Shown: one piece after another, positions 12,791-21,920 of the stretch
How the letters are laid out: each line of letters starts with the position of its first letter
Numbering within the stretch: position 1 is the first letter of the stretch
Origin: an uncultured Pseudomonadales bacterium
Lineage (GTDB): Bacteria; Pseudomonadota; Gammaproteobacteria; Pseudomonadales; UBA7239
Reading direction: 5' to 3'
Assembly (NCBI GenBank): GCA_964403125.1
Contig: CAYOEO010000002.1
Span: forward strand, 632-64,631
Length of the DNA: 64,000 bases
Position numbers and translations under genes: made by a program
Notes under the pieces: model-generated
Seen by the model: only the letters and a program-made list of their open reading frames with translations
The model's database searches: none
Told to the model about the DNA's origin: nothing

Positions 12791-14242
12791 ATGGCAGGCA
12801 TTATTTCTCACGGCGCGTACATTCCGCGCATGCGTTTGCCTTTATCTGTGATTGCAGGCAAAGCGCCGAAAGAAGGCGGGCCAGAAAAAGCCGTCGCGTG
12901 GATGGATGAAGATAGTGTGACCATGGCGGTCGCCGCTGCACAAAATTGTTTGCAAGGTTTTGATCGTGCGCGCGTGGACGCGGTGTTGTTTGCTACCACG
13001 ACTTACGCGTTTGCAGAAAAACAAGGCGCGGCGATTATTGCCAAAGCCTTAAATCTGAAAGGCGATGTGCGCACGGCGGATATTTCGCACAGCACACGCG
13101 CTGGCACGATTGCACTGCAATCAGCTATTGACGCTGTGAAAGCGGGCAGCGCGCAACGCGTGTTGGTGATTGCGGCGGATTGCCGCATGGGCGCGCCGGG
13201 CTCTGGCTTCGAAGCCAATACTGGCGATGCCGCCGCCGCATTTTTAGTCGGCGCAGAAGGCGCGATTGCGACACTGGATTGCGCTTGCGCACACACCACA
13301 GAAATCATCGACATCTGGCGTAAACAGGGCGACCGTTTTGTGCACGGCTGGGAAGATCGTTTCGTCAATGTGCACGGTTATATCGAAAACACTGTCGCAG
13401 CAATTCAGGGTTTGGTGGCAAAAAGCGGTGCCGCTTTATCTTCCATCAACAAAGCCGTTTTATACGCGCCGGAAGCGCGCTTACTCGGTGAAATGAGCAA
13501 AGCGGCGGGTGTTGCCAAAGAGCAAATCCAAGATCCGTTGTTTGGCAAAGTGGGCAATGCCGGTACCGCGTTTGCGCCCTTGTTGTTGATTGCGGCATTG
13601 GAACAAGCGCAAGCGGGTGAAAAAATTCTGGTCGCCAATTACGGTGACGGTGCCGACGCTTTATTGGTTTCTGTCAACGGTGCGCGTGTAAAAGCAGAAG
13701 GGCATCGCAGCGTGAGTGCATTGTTGGCGCGTCGCAAAGTCGTCGACGCTTACGGCAAATACATGAAAGCGCGCGGTTTGACGATCACGGAATATCCCGA
13801 AGTAGACGATCAAGGTATTTCTGCCACTGTGCATTTCCGTGAGCGCGATGAAGATTTGTCGCTCGAAGGGCAGCAGTGTTCGCATTGCGGCACGCATCAA
13901 TTTCCGAAAGGTCGTGTGTGCGTGCGCTGTCACAGCAAAGATCAGTGGACACCCGCTTGCTACAGCGATTTAACGGGTAGTGTTGTGACTTACACACTGG
14001 ATGCATTTTTTCCTTCGCCAGAGCCGCCAACAGCAGTGGGCATTATCGAAGTGAAAAATGCAGACGGCTCGGCTGGAGCGCGCATCCACATGCAAATTTG
14101 CGAAACTTTTGCCAAAGATATTGCGGTAGATTTGCCAGTGGAATTTACTTTCCGCTGCATCCACCGCGTGGGTCAACGCCCCAATTATTTCTGGAAATGT
14201 ACGCCGATTGTTTCTGCCTCTGTTGAAGGAGTTGCCGCATGA
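12791..14242 (+). CDS. HMG-CoA-synthase/KAS-III-like fold fused to DUF35 Zn-ribbon/OB-fold domain
   Basis: N-terminal YIPRMRL, DEDSVTMAVAAA, VGNAGTA; C-terminal CSHC-x10-CVRC and GSVVTYT...ARIHMQI OB-fold. Confidence 0.85.
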   Translation: MAGIISHGAYIPRMRLPLSVIAGKAPKEGGPEKAVAWMDEDSVTMAVAAAQNCLQGFDRARVDAVLFATTTYAFAEKQGAAIIAKALNLKGDVRTADISHSTRAGTIALQSAIDAVKAGSAQRVLVIAADCRMGAPGSGFEANTGDAAAAFLVGAEGAIATLDCACAHTTEIIDIWRKQGDRFVHGWEDRFVNVHGYIENTVAAIQGLVAKSGAALSSINKAVLYAPEARLLGEMSKAAGVAKEQIQDPLFGKVGNAGTAFAPLLLIAALEQAQAGEKILVANYGDGADALLVSVNGARVKAEGHRSVSALLARRKVVDAYGKYMKARGLTITEYPEVDDQGISATVHFRERDEDLSLEGQQCSHCGTHQFPKGRVCVRCHSKDQWTPACYSDLTGSVVTYTLDAFFPSPEPPTAVGIIEVKNADGSAGARIHMQICETFAKDIAVDLPVEFTFRCIHRVGQRPNYFWKCTPIVSASVEGVAA

Positions 14243-15402
14243 GCATTAAAGACAAAGTGGCAATCGTCGGCGTGGGTTGCTGTAAGTTCGGTGAGAACTG
14301 GGATAAATCTGAAGAAGACATGATTGTCGATGCGGCGTACGAAGCGTATGCCGATGCCGGCATCACTGAACCCGCTAAACAAATTGATGCGATTTATTGC
14401 GGCTCTTTGTACACCAAAAACGGCCCCGTGGAAGTCAGTGAAGCGCTCAAATTGTATAAACCGCTCACCGCTGTTTCCAATTATTGCGCCACAGGAACGG
14501 AAGCGTTTCGCGCGGGCGTGATGGCGATTGCAGCGGGTGTGTACGACACGGTGTTGGTCGTCGGTTACGACAAACCGAAAGATCGCGGTGTGTCCGGCCC
14601 CAGCGTCAACATCAAAGGTGTGCGCGATTTGCCTGCGACGCCTGCGGGTTGGTTTGCCATGTGCGCCGCGCCCTACTTCAAAAAATTTGGCGCAGGCCGT
14701 GAAGATTTGGCAAAAATTGCGGTAAAAAATCACTACAACGGCACGCTGTCACCGAAATCTTTTTTGAAAAAAGTGATTACAGAAGACGACGCGCTCAATG
14801 GCCGCATGATTTCTTGGCCTTTTGGTTTGTACGATTGCGCCGCGCAATCAGACGGCGCTGCCGTTGCAGTAATTACCAAGGCTTCATTAGCAAAAAATTT
14901 TCGCGATGATCCCGTGTATGTCAAAGCCGTGGCGAGTGGCTCGGCGGCGAATCCGCACACCGACCCTGATCACGATTTCTTGCGTTGGAAGCCGACAGAA
15001 AATGCGGCGGCAGAAGCGTACAAAATCGCTGGCATCAGCAATCCGTTCAAAGAAATTCATATCGCGCAAGTGCACGATTGCTTCACTCTCACCGAATTGT
15101 TGGCGTATGAAGATTTAGGGTTTATCCCAAAAGGCTCCGCGAAAGAGCACATCGCCAACGGCACGTTCACCTTGAAAGGTGAGTTGCCGGTGAATACCGA
15201 CGGCGGCTTGAAAACCTTCGGTCACCCCACTGGTGCAACCGGTGTGCGCATGATTGTGGAAAATGTGTTGCAGTTGCAGGGGCGTGCGGACAAACGCCAA
15301 TTGTCGCAGCACAACGGCAAACAACCGACGATGGCGCTGACACATAATATCGGTGGTTTCCCAACAGGGTGCGCCGTGAGCATTATCGGCATTGATAAAT
15401 AA
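14239..15402 (+). CDS. SCP2/SCPx-type thiolase-like acetyl-CoA acyltransferase
   Basis: VAIVGVG..KFGE, NYCATG, HDCF, GHPTGATG; start overlaps previous stop (ATGA coupling). Confidence 0.9.
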   Translation: MSIKDKVAIVGVGCCKFGENWDKSEEDMIVDAAYEAYADAGITEPAKQIDAIYCGSLYTKNGPVEVSEALKLYKPLTAVSNYCATGTEAFRAGVMAIAAGVYDTVLVVGYDKPKDRGVSGPSVNIKGVRDLPATPAGWFAMCAAPYFKKFGAGREDLAKIAVKNHYNGTLSPKSFLKKVITEDDALNGRMISWPFGLYDCAAQSDGAAVAVITKASLAKNFRDDPVYVKAVASGSAANPHTDPDHDFLRWKPTENAAAEAYKIAGISNPFKEIHIAQVHDCFTLTELLAYEDLGFIPKGSAKEHIANGTFTLKGELPVNTDGGLKTFGHPTGATGVRMIVENVLQLQGRADKRQLSQHNGKQPTMALTHNIGGFPTGCAVSIIGIDK

Positions 15403-15421
15403 GTGCAGCGAGGTGATCGCG

Positions 15422-15967
15422 ATGAACGCAAGGATGTGTAAAGTTTTTCTGATTCTGTTGGCAATGGGGCTGGCAGGCTGTGTTGCGATGACAGAACCGA
15501 AAGAGCGTGCAGCGCCGGAGACAGTGTCTTTGGCGCTCAACCAACAAGATGTGCAATACATGTGTGCATCGCCCATTTATTTGAGCGATGTAACAAAAAG
15601 TTTTTCATTGCCTTTGGGCAGTAATGATCGCACGGTGGCGATGGGTGCTTTGCTCAATCAAGCCGTACAAAAAATGTTTTGGAAAGAAACCAAAGCGGGT
15701 AATGTCGTCGCACCGGTGGTGACTTTGGGTTTTGATGGTGGCACAGGTGCTTATCGCGATAGCACGCTGTATGTGCGCATCAGTTTGCAATTTCAAATTT
15801 TCAAACCGACCGGACAGTCGTACATGGATATTGCTGTTGGTGAATCGTCCTCTGATTCCGCGCCAGATTCTAGTGATGGCGCCGTGGTCAATGCTGCGTT
15901 GCAGCAAGCGCTGGGACGATTGGCTGGCGTGTTAAAAAGCGCGGGCATTTGCCGTGCCATGCGTTAA
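15422..15967 (+). CDS. Hypothetical lipoprotein
   Basis: ATG after GAGGTG; signal peptide ending in LAGC lipobox. Confidence 0.75.
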   Translation: MNARMCKVFLILLAMGLAGCVAMTEPKERAAPETVSLALNQQDVQYMCASPIYLSDVTKSFSLPLGSNDRTVAMGALLNQAVQKMFWKETKAGNVVAPVVTLGFDGGTGAYRDSTLYVRISLQFQIFKPTGQSYMDIAVGESSSDSAPDSSDGAVVNAALQQALGRLAGVLKSAGICRAMR

Positions 15968-16022
15968 AAAACGCGTTAAAAAAGATGAGAAAAAACAAGA
16001 GAAAACATAAAAAGGTTTTGTT

Positions 16023-16838
16023 ATGAATTTTGAAACACTCACCTATGCCGTTACCGATGGTGTCGCTGTTATCTCGTTGAATCGCCCGCAACAGCGCAAC
16101 GCGGTGAATTCAGTGATGAGTCGTGAATTGCCGCAAGTGTGGCAATACTTTAATCAGGACAAATCGGCGGTGGTTGCAATTCTCACGGGCGCTGGTGATA
16201 AAGCACTGTGCACGGGCGCAGATTTAGCCGATCTGCCAGAAACCGATGGCGAAGTTGACGATCAAGGTCGCAAGTTTGGCACGCTGGCTTCTATCAAGTG
16301 GACATCGCTACAAAATCGCATTTGGAAACCAGTGATTTGTGTTGTCAATGGCATGGTGGTGGGCGGTGGTCTGCATTTTGTGGCAGATTCCGACATTGTG
16401 ATTGCCGCAGATTCGGCCACATTTTTTGATACGCATGTGAAAGTGGGATTGGTTGCCGGTTTAGAGCCTGTCAGCTTAGTGCGCAAAATGCCGTTTGATG
16501 CGGTGATGCGCATGGCATTGACCGGTGGCAACGAACGCATGACGGCGCAGCGTGCATATGAACTGGGCATGATCAGTGAAGTGGTACCAGCGGCAGAATT
16601 GATGCAACGCGCGCACGCTTTAGCGGATTTAATCAAAACCAATTCACCTGTTGCTTTGGCGCGTACAAAAAAAGCAGTGTGGGAAGCGAAAGAAGTGGGA
16701 CTGCACGCCGGTTTGGAAAACGCGTGGCAATACATCATGGCGCAAAACACGCACCCTGATATTGCGGAGGGCGGCAAAGCATTTATGGAGCGCCGCGCGC
16801 CGCAGTGGCAGCCGTATGCAGGTGAATGTGACGATTGA
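16023..16838 (+). CDS. Crotonase-superfamily protein (enoyl-CoA hydratase/isomerase-like)
   Basis: ISLNRPQQRNA, CTGADL, VNGMVVGGG, TAQRAYELGMISEVVP. Confidence 0.92.
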   Translation: MNFETLTYAVTDGVAVISLNRPQQRNAVNSVMSRELPQVWQYFNQDKSAVVAILTGAGDKALCTGADLADLPETDGEVDDQGRKFGTLASIKWTSLQNRIWKPVICVVNGMVVGGGLHFVADSDIVIAADSATFFDTHVKVGLVAGLEPVSLVRKMPFDAVMRMALTGGNERMTAQRAYELGMISEVVPAAELMQRAHALADLIKTNSPVALARTKKAVWEAKEVGLHAGLENAWQYIMAQNTHPDIAEGGKAFMERRAPQWQPYAGECDD

Positions 16839-16850
16839 TGTGACTGCGCA

Positions 16851-17192
16851 ATGAATGAAGCGGCGGAACAACCGTTTTGCGTAGTGCTGATAACAGCAGT
16901 GCATCGCGCAGAAGCGGAATGCCTCGCGCATTTGTTAGTAGAACAACAGTTAGCAGCCTGTGTGCAATTGCTGCCGATAGATAGCGTTTATGTTTGGGAA
17001 AATACGGTAAAAAAGGATTCTGAAGTGTTGATGCTAATCAAAACTTCAAAAGCCAATTTCGTCAGCATTGAGGTTTTAATTAAACAGCATCACAGTTATC
17101 AGGTACCTGAAATCATTCAGTTACCGATTGAGCAAGGCTCTGCCGCGTATTTGCAATGGCTTGCAGATGCTGTGGGCGAAAAAAAACATTAA
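16851..17192 (+). CDS. cutA: Divalent-cation tolerance protein CutA
   Basis: LAACVQL, SVYVWE, HSYQVPEII, YLQWL. Confidence 0.93.
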   Translation: MNEAAEQPFCVVLITAVHRAEAECLAHLLVEQQLAACVQLLPIDSVYVWENTVKKDSEVLMLIKTSKANFVSIEVLIKQHHSYQVPEIIQLPIEQGSAAYLQWLADAVGEKKH

Positions 17193-17206
17193 CTTGAGGT
17201 GAAAAA

Positions 17207-18358
17207 ATGTCAGACCCTATCATCATCGTTGGCACAGGATTATCTGGTTATACATTGGGTAAAGAGTTTCGTCGTCACGACAAAGAAACGCCTTTGTTGT
17301 TTATCACTACGGATGATGGTCGCAATTATTCCAAGCCGATGTTGTCAACGGGGTATACAAAGAAAAAAACGGCAGATGAATTGGCAGTGGCTGATGCCGG
17401 TGCAATGGCAGAGCAATTACAAGCGTCGATTCGCACTTTCGCTAAAGTTACGGCAATTGATCCAGCCAATCACGAAATCAGTATTGGTGATGAAAAATTG
17501 CGTTACAGCAAACTGGTTCTTGCTTGGGGTGCGGAATGTATTCGCGCACCACTGCAAGGTGACGGTCAAGATTTCGTGTATTCCGTGAATGATTTGTTGG
17601 ATTACGCAGAGTTTCGCAAAGCGGCTGTCGGCAAGAAAAAAGTTTTGATTATTGGTGCGGGTTTGATTGGCAGTGAGTACGCCAATGATTTAGCGGCAGG
17701 CGGATACGAAATCGTTGCAGTGGATCCTTTGTCTGGTCCGCTGGGTTCTTTGCTGCCGCCGAAAGCCTCGGCGGCTGTGCAGCACGCGTTAGAGCGTGAT
17801 TGCAAAGTGCATTACCACTTTGGCACGGTCGTTGAAACGATCGACAAAAAAGATGCTGGCATTGTGGCAACGCTGGCCGATGGTTCAAAAGTGGAAGCAG
17901 ATATCGTGCTGTCCGCTGTCGGCATGCGCCCGCGTATCGGCTTGGCGCGTCAATCCGGTATCGCGGTCAATCGCGGCATCACCGTTAATCGTTACTTGGA
18001 AACTTCTGTGCCTGATGTGTATGCCATGGGTGATTGTGCAGAAGTGGAAGGTCATGTGCGTTTTTATGTGCTGCCGTTGATGGCTTGTGCGCGCACACTG
18101 GCAAAAACTTTATCAGGCGAGCGCACGGCTGTGGTTTACGGTCCAATGCCGGTTGGCGTAAAAGTGACCGTGTGTCCGATTCAGTTATCGCCACCGTTGC
18201 ACGGTGCAGTGGGTGAGTGGCAGGAAGAAGTGGATGGTGACAATGTGCGCTCACTGTTCCGAGGTCCAGAAGGTGATTTGTTGGGCTTTGCTTTGACTGG
18301 CAAGTGCACAGAACAAAAAACAGAATTGGCGAAAGAATTGCCCAATATTCTCGCGTAA
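17207..18358 (+). CDS. rubB: Rubredoxin--NAD(+) reductase
   Basis: IIIVGTGLSGY, YSKPMLST, GAGLIGSEYANDL, GDCAE, YVLPLM; 383 aa like pseudomonad RubB/AlkT. Confidence 0.85.
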   Translation: MSDPIIIVGTGLSGYTLGKEFRRHDKETPLLFITTDDGRNYSKPMLSTGYTKKKTADELAVADAGAMAEQLQASIRTFAKVTAIDPANHEISIGDEKLRYSKLVLAWGAECIRAPLQGDGQDFVYSVNDLLDYAEFRKAAVGKKKVLIIGAGLIGSEYANDLAAGGYEIVAVDPLSGPLGSLLPPKASAAVQHALERDCKVHYHFGTVVETIDKKDAGIVATLADGSKVEADIVLSAVGMRPRIGLARQSGIAVNRGITVNRYLETSVPDVYAMGDCAEVEGHVRFYVLPLMACARTLAKTLSGERTAVVYGPMPVGVKVTVCPIQLSPPLHGAVGEWQEEVDGDNVRSLFRGPEGDLLGFALTGKCTEQKTELAKELPNILA

Positions 18359-18376
18359 TTTTTGTTCGGAAAACAT

Positions 18377-18408
18377 AAGGCAGGCTTGCAAACAAGTCTG
18401 CCTTTTTT
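18377..18408 (+). terminator. Rho-independent terminator after rubB
   Basis: AAGGCAGGCTTG-caaa-CAAGTCTGCCTT plus T-tract. Confidence 0.85.
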
Positions 18409-18450
18409 ATTGTGTCTTACCGATAATGCGCACAGATTTTTGGAGGCAAT

Positions 18451-20778
18451 ATGAACAGTATTGAACAAACTATCGCGCAAAAAATTGCCAAAGAATTATC
18501 AGTACAAGCGGTGCAAGTGATTGCTGCTGTGCAGCTCTTGGATGATGGCGCTACCGTGCCGTTTATCGCGCGATATCGCAAAGAAGTGACAGGTGCTTTG
18601 GATGATACGCAGTTGCGTACACTGGAAGATCGTTTGGCATATTTGCGTGAATTGGAAGAACGACGAAAGTCAGTGATCGCTAGTATTACTGAGCAGGGAA
18701 AATTAACGCCAGTATTAGAAAAAGATATTCTGGAGGCGGAAACCAAAAATCAATTGGAAGATTTATACCTTCCGTACAAACCCAAACGCCGAACCAAAGC
18801 ACAAATTGCGCGCGAGGCGGGATTAGAGCCGCTAGCGCACGCATTGTTGGAGAACCCCCAATTAACTCCCATTGAAGAAGCCAATAAGTATTTGAATGCC
18901 GATCATGCTGTAAATGACGCACAGGCAGCATTGGATGGCGCGAAGCAAATCCTCATGGAGCAGTTCAGTGAAGATGCAAAACTGGTTGGTGATTTGCGCG
19001 AACTGCTGACGGATAGCGGTTTCGTGAAGTCACAGGTAGTCGATGGCAAGCAGAGCGAAGGTGAAAAATTTCGCGATTATTTTGATTTCAGTGAGAAAGT
19101 GTCTGTTATGCCTTCGCATCGCGCGTTAGCGGTCTTTCGCGGACGCAAAGAAGGTATATTGAATGCATCTTTGGTGTTGCCCGAAGAATTGACTACGCCG
19201 GATCATGTCTGCGAAAGAAGAATCGCCGCACGTTTTGTTATTAAAAATGAAGGGCGTGCGGCGGATGCGTGGTTGGCGGAAGTGGTGCGCTGGACTTGGC
19301 GCATCAAACTGCTGACGCATCTGGAAACCGATTTGCTGGGGCAGTTGCGCGAGCGTGCCGAAGAGGAAGCGATTCGCGTTTTTGCCAGTAACCTCAAAGA
19401 TTTGTTATTGGCGGCTCCTGCAGGGCAAAAAGTGACGCTGGGTTTAGATCCAGGCTTGCGTACCGGTGTGAAAGTAGCCTTGGTGGATAACACGGGTAAA
19501 GTGTTGCAGCACGGCGCAATGTTTCCGCATCCGCCACAGAATAAATTACCGGAAGCAGAGAAAATTCTGTTTGCATTGTGCAAGCAATACAACGTTGACC
19601 TCATCAGTATTGGCAATGGCACAGCGTCGAGAGAGACTGAAAGATTTGTCGCGGATGTGTTGAAAAAACACAGTGAGCTCACAGCTAAGAAAGTGGTGGT
19701 GAGTGAAGCGGGCGCTTCGGTGTATTCGGCATCGGAGTTGGCGGCAAAGGAGTTTCCGGATTTAGATGTCACCATTCGTGGTGCAGTGTCGATTGCGCGG
19801 CGCTTGCAAGATCCATTGGCGGAGTTGGTGAAAATTGAGCCGAAGTCAATCGGTGTCGGTCAGTATCAACACGATGTCAACCAAGTGCAGTTGGCGAAAA
19901 CACTGGATGCGGTGGTGGAAGATTGCGTAAACGGTGTCGGTGTGGATGTGAACACGGCATCGGTGGCGCTGCTCAAACGCGTATCTGGCCTTAATCAAAC
20001 ATTGGCTGCGAATATCGTTGAGTTTCGCGATAAACATGGCGCATTCCACAATCGTGAATCCTTAAAAGCTGTACCGCGTATGGGAGATAAAACTTTTGAA
20101 CAGGCGGCAGGTTTTTTGCGTATCAACGACGGTGAAAATCCATTGGATAAATCCGCTGTGCATCCAGAGTCGTACAGCGTTGTGCAGCGCATCGCAGAAA
20201 AAAATCAGCGTTCAGTGGGTAGCTTGATTGGCGACAGCGCATTTTTGCGCACCGTGCAAGCAAAAGATTATGTGTGTGAAAAGTTTGGTGTATTGACGGT
20301 GCAAGACATCATTCGCGAATTGGATAAGCCAGGACGTGATCCGCGTCCTGAATTTAAAACAGCCAGTTTCCGCGACGGCGTTGAAAAAATTTCTGATTTG
20401 CAAATTGGCATGGTGTTAGAAGGTGTTGTCACCAATGTGGCGAACTTCGGTGCGTTTGTGGATGTCGGTGTGCATCAAGATGGTTTAGTGCATATTTCTG
20501 CTATCACGAATCGTTTTATTAAAGATCCGCGTGAAGCCGTGAAAACAGGTGATATTGTTAAAGTAAAAGTGCTGGAAGTGGATGCTGCACGTAAGCGTAT
20601 TGCATTGACGATGCGTTTAGATGATGAAGTGATTGCCAAAACAGATAGCAGTAAAGCACCCAAAGTGGATCGCAAAACCAGCGAGCGTTACCTCAATGGT
20701 GGGCAGGCTAAACCGGCTGCCACAGGGTCAATGGGCGATCTTCTGCGCAAGGCGATGGAGAAACAAGGTGGTCGCTAA
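18451..20778 (+). CDS. tex: Tex family RNA-binding transcriptional accessory protein
   Basis: [32 protein letters not shown]-terminal S1 domain ([18 protein letters not shown]). Confidence 0.97.
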   Translation: MNSIEQTIAQKIAKELSVQAVQVIAAVQLLDDGATVPFIARYRKEVTGALDDTQLRTLEDRLAYLRELEERRKSVIASITEQGKLTPVLEKDILEAETKNQLEDLYLPYKPKRRTKAQIAREAGLEPLAHALLENPQLTPIEEANKYLNADHAVNDAQAALDGAKQILMEQFSEDAKLVGDLRELLTDSGFVKSQVVDGKQSEGEKFRDYFDFSEKVSVMPSHRALAVFRGRKEGILNASLVLPEELTTPDHVCERRIAARFVIKNEGRAADAWLAEVVRWTWRIKLLTHLETDLLGQLRERAEEEAIRVFASNLKDLLLAAPAGQKVTLGLDPGLRTGVKVALVDNTGKVLQHGAMFPHPPQNKLPEAEKILFALCKQYNVDLISIGNGTASRETERFVADVLKKHSELTAKKVVVSEAGASVYSASELAAKEFPDLDVTIRGAVSIARRLQDPLAELVKIEPKSIGVGQYQHDVNQVQLAKTLDAVVEDCVNGVGVDVNTASVALLKRVSGLNQTLAANIVEFRDKHGAFHNRESLKAVPRMGDKTFEQAAGFLRINDGENPLDKSAVHPESYSVVQRIAEKNQRSVGSLIGDSAFLRTVQAKDYVCEKFGVLTVQDIIRELDKPGRDPRPEFKTASFRDGVEKISDLQIGMVLEGVVTNVANFGAFVDVGVHQDGLVHISAITNRFIKDPREAVKTGDIVKVKVLEVDAARKRIALTMRLDDEVIAKTDSSKAPKVDRKTSERYLNGGQAKPAATGSMGDLLRKAMEKQGGR

Positions 20779-20867
20779 AAAATATATTTTTCGCAGCATC
20801 TTGTGGGTTTGCCTCTCACACTGCTAGTGTAAATGCGCGTATTTATTTCATGCTCCAGGAGGGCAAT

Positions 20868-21836
20868 ATGCGCGCATTGATCGGTATTTTATTGGCAACT
20901 TTTTTCTTGGCGGGCTGTTCCAGCTATGAGCAGGATTATCGCCAAGTGGGTCGTTATTCCGACGGCTACTACGGTGGTGGTAGCAGCTCGACGACCACCT
21001 ATTACAGCAACGATGGCGGCTATTACGGCGGCGGTAGTACTACGGTGTACGCCACCAATAATTACGGCTACTACTATCCGTTTGGCAACATGTACTACCC
21101 GCGTGATCGCATTTGGATCATCGGCACGTACGGTGGCTGTAACTATTACACCTATCGCGGCTACTGCTACCGCTATCGTGACGATTTTGATCGCGTCATC
21201 ATCTGGGATCGCCAACACGGTTATGACGACAACTGGTATCGCCAGCGCGAGAACTGGTGCCGTTACCACGACTGCCATCACGACAACATTGTGCGCGACA
21301 GCAAAGGTCGCCCCATCGCGCCGCCGCGCGTAGAGCGCGACAGAATGCAGGTAGCGCCGTCTCCATCGCGCTCGCCGTATCCCACTTACCAACCTAATCG
21401 CAACAACTCATCACATTGGGATCGCGATGATGACGATGATCGCCATGACAACAATGGGAGAGGTAACAGCGGGCGTTCGTGGGATAACCGTCAACCGTAC
21501 ACCACGCCACAGCCGGTAATTCGCAACACGGGCAGCGGCTGGCAGGTGGACAACAGCACTTCCGGCCAGCCGGTGAATCAGCACACGCGCCCTGTGATGG
21601 TGCCAAGAAGCACAAACAGCGGTTGGGCTGGCTCGACAGGAAATAGCGATAACTCTAGCCGCTCAGGCATGGTGACGCGCAGTGCACCACAGACTTCAAG
21701 CGGCAGCAGCGATGCGTCAAACTCTGCTCACACGAACGGTGGGCACAGCCAAAACAACAACAGTAACGGTGGAGGCAATGGGCATCAGCGACAGTGGAAT
21801 AACCGTCGTGGTGGCGGCTCTGGCGATGATCAATAA
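20868..21836 (+). CDS. Hypothetical low-complexity lipoprotein (Tyr/Gly-rich then Ser/Asn/Gly/Arg-rich)
   Basis: ATG after AGGAGG; LAGC lipobox; GYYGGGS twice; disordered-looking tail. Confidence 0.8.
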   Translation: MRALIGILLATFFLAGCSSYEQDYRQVGRYSDGYYGGGSSSTTTYYSNDGGYYGGGSTTVYATNNYGYYYPFGNMYYPRDRIWIIGTYGGCNYYTYRGYCYRYRDDFDRVIIWDRQHGYDDNWYRQRENWCRYHDCHHDNIVRDSKGRPIAPPRVERDRMQVAPSPSRSPYPTYQPNRNNSSHWDRDDDDDRHDNNGRGNSGRSWDNRQPYTTPQPVIRNTGSGWQVDNSTSGQPVNQHTRPVMVPRSTNSGWAGSTGNSDNSSRSGMVTRSAPQTSSGSSDASNSAHTNGGHSQNNNSNGGGNGHQRQWNNRRGGGSGDDQ

Positions 21837-21920
21837 GTACGAGATACTGTAAAAAAACACAGCTCGCGCTGGAACGGCTCAGGATTCCCCGTAGAATAGC
21901 CAGCTTCTACGGGGGGTCTC

